DNA of 25,708 nt from a virus (lineage: Duplodnaviria; Caudoviricetes). Under the pieces are notes generated by a model, which saw nothing but the letters and a program-made list of their open reading frames with translations, was not told the DNA's origin and did not search any database. The stretch spans positions 1 to 25,708 of the IMG/VR virus record IMGVR_UViG_3300005404_000028. One strand, given 5' to 3'. Each line of letters begins with the position of its first letter. Position 1 is the stretch's first letter. Both the position numbers and the translations under genes were made by a program. This document shows positions 8,453 to 20,400 of the stretch, piece after piece.

Positions 8453-11400
8453 TTAATTTGTAATACCAAATGCTCTAATTGCACCCGTAGATCTCAACCC
8501 TTTTATTGAGGTCTGAGTGTAACTTCTTCTTTGAATTGTTGGGAATGTACTCAACCCAGAATCAACAGTTAATCCAGTTACACCTATAGAAACTGGAGAA
8601 TCTGATCTAGTGGCATCAAATATTCTACCCCAAGTAATTCTTCCAAGAGATGTAGTAAATCCTACACCACCTGGACCTGCTGGATTATAATATCCAGTGG
8701 TTACTAATCCAACAATATTAGAACTACTTAATACATTACATGTAATTATTCCTGCTTGTCCACTTGTCCATATTGCATGAACTTTATAGATATTGTCTAA
8801 GAAAGTTGATCCAATTGAAACTATATCATTATCTGTATATTCAACAGAAGTAATAGCTGATGAAACTTTAGTATTAGAAACTAGAATTGGGTATCCAACT
8901 TTTAATTTATCTGCTTCTTTATCAGCAACAAATCCAAATTCAAGTGCTCTTGAATGACCATCAATACCAGATACCTGTTTTATGCTAGTAATAACTCCAG
9001 TATAACCCTCAACATTACTTGCAGAAAGTATTCTTTCATTCTTAAATGATGGATTATCAACTGTAACTTTAGGTGGATTAGATTGACTATATCCTAAACC
9101 TTCATTTGTTATAACAACAGAAGTAACACTTCCATCCGTTATAGTTGCGGTTGCCGTTGCAAAAGTTGAAACTCCTACCACAGCAAACTGATCCCTAGTT
9201 TCAGTACCAACACCAACACCAATTGGAGCACCAATTGAAATTGTTGGTGCAGCAGTGTATCCACTACCACCATCAACTATAGTTAATGTTTGTACTGTTC
9301 CCGCAGCAGATACTACAGCATTAACAGATGCAGTAGATTTAGGTGATCCAGAAATTAATAAAGTATCAACAGAATTAATTGATACGTTATACCTATCATC
9401 ACCTTCTAGTGCTGGATTTGATAGATCTTCATAGTAGAATGATTCTGAATCGTCAACAAATATACCACCATTAACACCAACACCAGTTGTTAGATCTATA
9501 TCACCAATAACTCTTGCAGTTGGATATATTTGTGGTTCAATAGAAGATCTAGATTTTGAAATAATGTCACCTTTAATGGATAAATCTTCTTTTTGTTTTG
9601 TCCATCTTAATGGTTTGGGATCATCTTCATTGATACCTGTTCCTGTATAAACATTAGTTTCAACAATATCAGAACCTTGAATTGATTTTATAACTCTTTC
9701 GCTATCTTGAGTAATACTATTCTCAAATAGTGGAGATTTATAAACCCTTAAATCATCACCAACCTTAAGAGTTTCTTGTATATCAACAATCTCAACATCA
9801 ACATTTCTATCACCAATATAGAAGAATATATCAACATTATCTGAAGTATCAGGTGGTTCAGTAAATTTAAATGTAGTTCCTCCATTGAATTGATATGCAA
9901 CTTTAGGTGTTTGTAAAACGCCATTTATGAATATCAATAGAACTGCATCTAAATCAATTTGCTCTGATACTGTATCTCCAGGATCAGTCATGAAACTTAA
10001 TAATTGACCATTAAAGAATAATGGGAATCTAGTTCTAGTACCGTCTTGATAACTTTCAATACTGTCAATGAAATCTATCTCACCAAATTGCCAAGCAGCA
10101 AAGTAATCATTAAATATAGAATTAACTTCTAATTCAAATTCTTGTATTGGTTTCTGTAGTCTCTTATCGTGAACCAATCCTATTGGTCTAACTTTATCTC
10201 CAATCTTAAATGAATGTCCATGTCTAGAAACTTGGAAATTAGATATCTCAAAGAATGTAGATCCAATACCAACTGAAGTCTTAGCAGCACCTACTTCTAA
10301 GTCCACTAATAAGTTACTACCAGTTGCTTTTGTTAATCCTCTACCCAATCTAGAAATACCTTCAACTGGAACATCATCATAACTTGGGCTAGGAATTTCA
10401 ATAACTGGATTAACATAATGTCCACCAACTTCATTTATCTTAAGATCTAAAGCACCACCAGTTCCAGCAGGTGATTTCCCAACATTTATTCTAAACCAAT
10501 TAGTAGCAGTTTTACCTACAGGAACTCCTGCATTATAAATTGGATCAGTTACACGAGGATAATTATGTAATGACTGATGATGATCATGCTCACAAGTAAA
10601 TGTTAGAGAATCTGCTGCTATTTCAATAAGTTGATTTGCTTTTGAAATGCATCCATTAACTGTTCTTGCAGGAACAAATGTATGATCATACTGTTCTGAA
10701 GATGGATTTGGATTAACATTAACTTTAAAAGTATTAACAGTCTTATTTGTAATCTGTAACCACTTACCACTAGCATAATCTGTAGGTCTTGGATATGAAT
10801 GCTCTGTAGCACCACCATCCTTTGTACAAGTAAATGTTAGTGAGTTATCTTCAATTAAAATATAGTCTCCAACATTAAATCCATGTCCATTCTTAGTAAG
10901 AGTTAAAATACCAGTTGTTTTTGCATAATTGGCATTAGTTGGTGTGATAGTAGAACAACCAACAAAACCGTGTGAAGCACTTGTTACCTGCATCCATCCT
11001 GTTGCTGGATTGTAATCAGCATCAGTAACATTTTTCTGTGTAGATCCAGTAAATGCAGCACCTGCAGTTGCAGTTACGAACTTATGCTTATTACCAGCAA
11101 CTTTAGCAGTAACTACACCACCATATCCACCGCCTCCACCAGCACCAACATTAACACGAATTAAATTGCTTGAAACTACATCTACACCTAATTCCTTTCC
11201 AGATGCAGGATCTGTAGAACGTGGATATGTATGTTCTCCAAGATGATTATCTCTAGAACATGTAAATGTTAATGAATTATTCGCTATGTCTACTGTATTA
11301 TTTGCCTTCTTAAGGCAATCTACAGCAACAGATTGATTTGTTTGGAACTCATGAGTATAATTTCCACCAGAAATTACAGCATTAGGATTAGCAGATACAA

Positions 11401-14400
11401 ATGTATGTTGTGTTGTATTTGTGGAAGGTATTGTAGTTAATACTTGTAATGTAATAGTTGTATCAGTTACAGATTCAATATTAATAGGAGTGTCATAGAA
11501 TGGATCTGTAGAACGTGGATAAAACTTAGTTGTTGCATTATTATCTACATCACAACTAAATCCAATAGATTGATTAGCAAGTTTAATACTAGTACCTGGT
11601 TTTAATGAATGAGATCCAATAGTTAATTCCATTAAACCTGTAACAGGATCATAATTTGCATCTGTTACATTAAAGTTTACTATAGGTGATGCTCCAACAT
11701 CAATAGTGAATGTATTAGTAGCAACGTTAGATATTTCCATCCACTTATTGCTAATTGGATCATTTGGTCTTGGATAGGTTTTATTTACACTACTTCCCAT
11801 TGAACACTTAAATGTTAAGGAATTATCCTTAATTTTAATGTAATCTCCATTAGAGAAGTTATGACCTGTAATAGTAATCGTTAAAATACCAGTAGAAGGA
11901 ACATAAGATGCATTTTCTACAGTATGTGTAGTTGCTCCTTGTAAATTATGAGTACCAATTGTTAATAGTAAATCACCAGTTGAAGAACTATAAACTGCTT
12001 TTGATGGTGTGAATTGTGTACCTGTATTTGCAGTAATAGAATTATTTGTTGATCCTACAAAATTATGAATATATTCAGTATCACTAACACCTATAGATAC
12101 TGGTTCACGATAACCAGATCCTGTATTTAAATCACTATAGAATTCAAATAAATCACCACCACCTTGATAAACGTGTGGAATAGTACATACACCAGCCTTA
12201 ACTTCAACAGATCTTTCTGATATTATTCCAACTAAAGATAATGCACGATCATCATCATTGAATATAGTCGTTGTTACACCTGCATGCTCTGTAGAGCATT
12301 TAAATTCTAAATTCTCCAACTTAACAGTTTTTGGTTCACCAAGAGATAACCCATGAACTTCATTAGTTGTAACTGTAATAATACCAGTTATATGACTGTA
12401 TGAAGCAGTTTGAATACCTAAACTTACACCTGAAGAAGTTCCAATACCAACTATTGAATCAAGGCTATTATCAGCAGTATCTTTAAATGCTTGAACTAAT
12501 GATCCCTTAAGTGGTGCATATCCTAAACCTGAAGTTGATCCTAGAGATACAATGATACCACCTCTTGGTAACTGGTTTTGATTGATATCAAACTCAGATT
12601 GCATCATAGTTCCATTTTCAGAACTAATTCCAGTAAATACTACACTAGAAATACCTGCATTTGTACTATCAAATTCATAATTATTTCCTGTATTATTAAC
12701 AGTTAATGGTGTTTGGAACACTCCATTAATGAATAATATACCATTTCCAATACCAACACCAGTTTCTGTATTAGCACCGCCAACACTTAAAGTATAAGTT
12801 CTCCCAATACCAGTGAAACTATCTGAAATATCATCAAATACCATATTAGTATCATAATCACTTCTAGTGAAAGTCCTTCCATTAAATTCTGCCTTAACAT
12901 ATGGAAGATTAGTTAAACTTCTTCTTTCTCTAGTATTTCCTTTAGGTGGATCTAAGAACCAAACTGTACTATTAACAATATTAAAGGATCCTCTATGAAC
13001 TCTAGCAACATCACCATCTTGATGAGTTGTTGCACCTATTCCCAATGATCCCCTAGCAACACTAACAACAGGAATAGTTGAAATTCCTAAAGCAGTATTA
13101 GTTGCATCATCAATAATTCCATCAGAAACACTAGCAAATCCAACTTGCTCAACCTTCATATATTCAGATCCAACCTTTAACACATCTCTTGGTTGAACAG
13201 AACTAATTCCACTAAGAGCAAATTGTGATACCCCTAAACCAACAGCACCATCTAAAGAATGTTCTATAGTTGTATATGTAACTGGTTGTTGAATAATACC
13301 ATCAAGACCAATAACAGTTTTACTCAACTTCTTAGTCATTTCTAATCTATGGGCATTTCCTTCTCCAATTCCAGTAAATACTATTGGATTTCCAGTAGAT
13401 ACAAATGACTTTTGACTGAATAACTGTATTCTATTTTCATCTAAAACTTTAGCATATACAGTAGATGGCATCAAAGTAGTTACAATACCTGCATTATTTG
13501 CAGTAGATCCAATTGATACTGGAGTTGCACCTACACCTATAAATGTTGAATTTGCAGTATATGTTAATTCTTCACCAGTATTAAAGAAATGGTTGGAAAT
13601 AGTACATATACCTGAAGAATTAGGAAGAACACCTAAAGCATTTGTATCTGAAGGATTGAAAATCTTACTGTAAATTGGTATTCCTTCATGTTTAAGATCA
13701 AAATTAACCTTATTTGCCCTTTCACCATTTGGTCCATCATATGCCGATAAGAATAATTTTTCGGTAACTGCACCGATATCAAGATCTGGTGGTGTATTTT
13801 CAAAATCACTAGCAGTGTAGAAAATCTTACTATATGCTTGAACTTCTATCAATGAATTAAATTCACTATCTGGATAGAATTTAAGATTAATATCATTTCC
13901 AGAAATTTCTCCACCAAATGTACCTATTCCAGTTGTAGAACCAGCAGAAACAAATGGATATTGTACTGTAACTATATCATCAACATCTCTTATTGCGATT
14001 AATTGATGGATAGCAGATGTTTCGCCACAAGATACTCTAATAAGAGACTTAGAACTACTGTCAATTAAATTATTAAGAGTTGAGAATGTTATTCCTATTC
14101 CTGGATTATGATCACTTGCAAAAGTTGATTCATATCTAGCACTTCTTTCAGCACCTGCAGGTTGACCAGGAAGGCTATACCTATAAACACTTGTTCCTGC
14201 AGTAGTTGTTCCCAAACCAACTATACTTGCTTGAAGTGTAAGTTTAGTATCTCTATCATTTTCAAAATCAAGTTTTATGTTACCTGATTCATATCTTGCG
14301 GTAATTATCCCCAATCTACTTGAACTATAATTTAATGATACTGTATCAATATAATTTTCTGCAATGTAAGTATTTGTACCATCAAAATCAACAATAACTT

Positions 14401-17400
14401 CACTATAATTAATTTCTCTTGTAATATCGTCCTGAACTAAAATATTAGCTTGTAATGCATTAAAGTCAGTATGAGAGAATTGTGCTATTGTTGTGGTATT
14501 AAATCCAACAGTTGTACTAGCAATACCAACATTAGATGACTTAAGATCAATATGTCCTATTGACTGAGATACATTAGTTTCTAAATCTGTATTAAAATCA
14601 AACTTAAGAACTTTAATATCATGATCCTTTTCATATTTTTCTGTTGGTTCAAATCTTAAAGTCTTTCTATTAGTAAAATCACAATCAGCAATAAAATCAC
14701 CTAACTTGGAATTTGTAAAGTCTGTCGTTTTCTCAAATAAGATTGCATCAGATGTTTTAGTCAATACAACAACTTCACTAAGTTGTGTATCAAAAGTATC
14801 TGGATCAGTTATTTGAACAATATAATTTGCAAATAACCCATCTATCTCTTCAATTTCTGTAAATAGATCCTGTAGTCCTTTACTTGAGAACTTACCACTG
14901 ATATCATCATGTTGTAATGCCCTATTTGATTTACACTTAGTATAATCTGTTAATATTAAATTTTCAAACTGTAAATATTTTGATCTTAAAGGATTAGTTC
15001 TTGAATCATAATCAGTTGTTAAATCTAGATTATTGATAGTGTCAACTCTATTCACATCATTCATTACATCCAATATTAGAACTGGAGAAGAACTATGAGT
15101 AGAAGATATTCCTGCAGGAACACTAGATGATATTCCAACATCAGCAAAATTCTTAAGACCTGCTGGATGAACTACACGATTCAATGGATCTACTGAGTTT
15201 TCCCATTCTATAGGACTCTTAACTGAGTATGATAGATTTTGATAGTAATCATTATCAGGTATAACTTGATAATCATCATTTAATTTTCCTGTATTATTCA
15301 ACCATCCAAAATCTTGGCGATTTGAATATGATATATTAAATTTCGCTTTATTTTCTACAAAACTAGTTACAGTAGCAGAAACATCAGTAACTTGACCTTT
15401 AATTATATCAGTTTTCTGCAACTCATATAATCCATCAACTCTAATATAATCATCTCTAGAATCGACAACAACTAAATCAGTTTCTTGGAAATTGATTCCA
15501 CCACTATTCACTAATAATTTTTCACCAATCTGATACTCACCTCTTTCTTGTATTGGTTCAAGAATTGGATAATTGTTTTTATTTACTATAGTTGCATATC
15601 CAGATTGGAATGTTTTTGCAAATCCTGGATTTGTAGTCAATCCTGCTACACTATATTTTAATACTGCAGGGTTTGAATTTACAAAACTTTCTACTTTAAA
15701 GAATCGGAATTCATAATCCTTAGAATTATATCCTGTACCTTCACTTGAAATACCTGTATTTGCATTTGCTTGTGTTCCTATTCCAGATTCTCCAACAAGT
15801 TGTATACCTTCTACAAATATTTCATCACCTGCTGCGAAAGGTGGAATTGCAAATCCAGTAATAGGTGTTTCTAATACACAGGTTACTATACCAGATCCAC
15901 CACCTGTCATAGAATTAATTCCTACACCATTAGAATTATTAACAGAAACTAATTTATGAGTTACTGATTGTAATCCTCTAATTGGTGCAAATATTTCAAC
16001 TTCTGATATACTTTGATTAGGAACTTTAGAAATTAAAGATACTTCGTCAACAATCTCCTTCTTCTCTGGATTATAAAGAACTAAATCTGGAGCACCCAAA
16101 TATTCGGATCCACCATAAACTATATTAATATTCTTAATAACATCTAAATTATCAAGATTAATAATTGGTGAAACAAATGCTTCTGGACTTAATGTTTTGT
16201 CTGAAGCATATTCATATCCAATATCAACAATACGAACATCTTTTATTCTACCTATTGAAGTAGAAATCGCAACTAAGTTTGCATTTTGCCCATTTGCACT
16301 CTTAACCGATAAAAACTTAGGTAATTTTTTATAATTATATCCCTTTGATATTACTTTAAGATCCTTAATAGATCCAGTAACAGAAGTAGATCTTGTTGAA
16401 TATTCAAGTTTACTACATTCATCTTCAGTGTATGATAAAAATTCTGGAGTTTTATATGGAGAAATCTTAAATGTATCAGAACTAATACCAAATACTTTAA
16501 ACTCACCACTATAAGCACTATCAACAAAATTTATTTCCGAATAATTTTGTACCCCAGTATCTGAAGTACTGATATATCCATTTCTCTCTAAAGCATAATA
16601 AATTTTCGATGGAGAAGAATTGGAGTAAGAAACAGTTAAAGATGCACCAACAACTGGTAAATCGGGTGATGTTCCAATACCAATAGTGCCAACTCCTACA
16701 ATATTGAAGTCTGAACTATCTGTAGAACTATAATATTCATTTTTAAACTCATTATCATAAAATACTTTAAACGTGAAATCGGATAAAGTAGTACTTGATA
16801 GTCCAAATGTTAATTGTGAATTTTTAACTACTGTTATGGGAGGATTTATTAAAGATACTCTTTGATCTGTACCACCAGTATTTTCAGTAATATCCAAAGT
16901 ATTTGTAGGATTTACTGTTACATCAATATAAGTTTCACCTAATTCAATATAATCATCACTTATCTTATATGCATAGTATGAACCAGTTGATAATCCAGTA
17001 GCAGAACCTTCATAAAAAACTTTATCTCCAGTTTTTAATTTATGATCTATTAAGTTTAACTGATTTGCCTTTACAGAACTATTTGTAAATTGTATAGGAT
17101 TAAGTAATAACTTTTGATACTGTTCATTCCAATTAACGGAAATTGCATCAGTTGTTCCAATACCAACAGAAGTTGAAGGAATAACGTTCATTTTAACTAC
17201 ATCATCATTATTCAAACCATGTGTGGTTGTTTGTGCCAATCCAATCTTAGTAGTAACAGTAGAAACTATTCTATCAATATCACCTGTTATTTTTGTAAAG
17301 TCTGATGAAATTGAATATTCAGATTCAGTAAACTTATATGATGATAGTGCATTGGTACCATTAGAGAAGAAATATACTCCATCACTTGTATTTGCTAAAC

Positions 17401-20400
17401 CTGCTCTAGTAGTAACTAAACCAATATGATCTTCATCCTTATTGATTACATATAGGGTATCAGTATATGGTGAACCAGATTGTGGTATTGAAAACTGATT
17501 GCCTGTAGGTGTATTTCCAACATTTATCTGAGAACCATTAGCATGCTTAGTTAATTTAACCTGTTGTCCAGTTTTGAATGGATGCTTAGGTAAAAATATA
17601 GTTCTAGTAGGTGCATATATCCTTCTTTCAATTTCTCCTATAGGATAATCAAGGTATACACTACCACCAGCAGTTGTACCAACACCAATAGATTTTGGTC
17701 CATTAAAGAATACTAAATCATCATTTACAGATTCAAATTTTTCAGTTCTTACTGGTATTGAAATTCTATTGTTTAATACATCAATCTTTGTTCCAAAACT
17801 ATGTGCTATTCCTATAGCAAATCTCTTAACAGTAATTGCAGAATTTAATTCATGGATATTAAGAACTTTAACAACTTCATCAGAAATTCTTAAAGATCCA
17901 CCAATAGAAACTGTATTTGGAATTTTAGTGACAAATATATCTTCTATTGCACCAAGTGCATTAGAATTAACTGACATAGTTTTTGCTAATCCTATAGTAT
18001 CAGTCTTAACTCCAACACTAAATGAATTTGTAAGATTAACAACAACGGTACTTAAACCAGAAACAGCAATAGTATCTTGATTGTTTAATTCTATATTTGG
18101 AAGTTTATGTGCAATAACTTCTTCATTATTATTCCAAACAAAAGTTACATCCTCAAATCTGTCTAATTGAGTATCAATTCTAGAAACACCGATACCAACT
18201 ATCTCATCAACTTGTGCTCTTAATCCACTACCATTAGTATCTGTATCATCGAAATCTGTATAATCGCCAACTTTATACCCAAAACCACCATCCAAAACTC
18301 CAATATTAGTAACATCACCTGTAGTTACAGATTCTACATTCGATAATTGTCGTATAGTCTCATTAGACTCAACAATAAAATCATTATCAGCAAATTTATC
18401 ACCAACTTTATATGGCTGAGTATTTCTTAATAGATTTGTACTATTGAAATCAAAATCATGGTCAAGTGTATGATTATCCTTAATTAATGGTGCTCTATAA
18501 GTTTTACCAATAAAATATGGATACTGTGGTTTAATAAGACCACTACTAACATCTACACATGCAAAATAAGCATATACTCCATTTGGAAATTCTGGTGTTT
18601 TGCAAAATCTACCATTATGTTCATCTAAATCACCCGTTCCATCATAGAAATAATCTTGAATAAAGAATCCATCATCATACGCTAATGTTCCAGTTGCTGC
18701 AACTGGTCTATTAGGAACTCTTGAAGAATCTGCAACATAACCACTTGTAATAATACCTACATTAGAGTTAATATCATCTGGATCCATATATCCAAAAGGA
18801 CCGTAAATTGGATTTCCATCATATGCCCATCCAATTATAGGAGAGTGTCCTGATGGTTCCTTAAAATTACCATTCTGTTCAACAGTAAACGATTCCCCAT
18901 AATGAAGTGCTAAATCTTGATTATATCCAACAACATTAAATCCTAATGAAGTATCTCCTTGTGGATTTAAATAATATTCACCAAAACGCTTTGTACTGTT
19001 GATTGTTAAATTTCTTACTCTTGGTTCATATAATCCATTAATTCCTCTTGGATCAGCGTATACGCTAGTATTAGAAGCATCGTAACCAATACCACCATTA
19101 ATTACTAATACACTTTGCAGTTTTCCATCACTAATAATAGGTTTTAAAACAGCACCGTTACCAGATCCACTTACAACTAATTTTGGTAAAGAATAAAATT
19201 CTGAACCTTTACTCATAACGACAACATCAACAATTTTACCAGCACTTACAAGTGGCTTTAATTCTGCATTTTTACCATTTTGTATTGTTATTAATGGGTC
19301 TTTTTGATGGTTTACGGTAACTGATCCATATTTTGTTCCTTGCTCATAAACATAAGATCCAGTAAGTTTACCTGTAACAATTGGAGTAAATACAAAATCC
19401 CCAGTAATACTAGAAGCATATGAAACTTTTGCTGTTACAGTTACTTCAGGATATGTAAATGTTTGATATCCTGTTCCTGTTGTCTGTAATCCAACAAATT
19501 TACCTCTATTAAAATCAACTACTGATGTTCCACCAATACCTGCATCAGCAAGTCTGAATGAATTATCGTCCACCTTCATAACATAGTATGAATTTTGAGG
19601 TTCTAATCCACCTATTGCTTTAGGATATGTACTACCAATACCAACAGTTGGGCTATAATTGATTAATTCACCATCTTTAAATCCATGATCTTCATAATTA
19701 ATCGTATCAAATGATGTAGATATACCAGATGGTTTTACATGTAATTTTCTATATTGATAACCAGATCCAGAATTTATAACCTTTACTGCTTTTATAGTAT
19801 TCTTAGAAACAGTTCTAAACTTATGAACACCACTAGCATTTGTATCTGTAGATAATCCAACAGTATTAATACCAGATAATGCATCACTTTCACTATTATA
19901 CAAATGAATAGTTGAACTATTAACTATACCAACATAATAAGGTGCACCATTCGCTAATGTTCCTGTAATAGTATTACCTGCATCTTTATATGCACCAATT
20001 CCAATATTAGTATTACCGTTACTGTTATAGAAAACTTTTTCACCATTTGCAAAATTATGTTGTGTCTTAAATGTTATAGTTTCATCTTCAATTGATATAC
20101 CACCATTGAAGAAAATATCTCTACTATCAAATTCTAATTCCCTAAACCTAGGACCTGTAATTGCTTCTAATACGCAACCACTACCATTACCACCAGTAAT
20201 ACTAATATCAGTTACTTCATCAATATCAAAATCTTGAGGATCTACAAAAACTTCTTCAACAGATCCTTCTAAAATTGGTTCAACTAATGCAGTTTCTCCT
20301 ATACCAATCTTTAATCCGTTACTATCTCTAACTATAGAATCTTCAATTACTACTTTAGGTGGATTTAAAACATCATATCCTGATCCACCATTAAATAAAT

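Noticed and set aside
10618-10818. 66-aa alternative-frame ORF on the minus strand inside the gp7-like gene
   Set aside because: No ribosome-binding site or motif; I saw no convincing slippery site linking it to the main frame.
11117-11150. Gly-rich stretch VGAGGGGGYGG as a gp38-type adhesin glycine motif
   Set aside because: A single short run at a repeat junction, more simply a linker; gp38 adhesins have multiple such motifs.
10470-12420. Repeat block as a CRISPR array or diversity-generating retroelement TR/VR pair
   Set aside because: Repeats are conserved at protein level within an open frame. There is no regular repeat-spacer pattern, no adenine-specific mismatch pair seen, and no reverse transcriptase or cas gene in the window.
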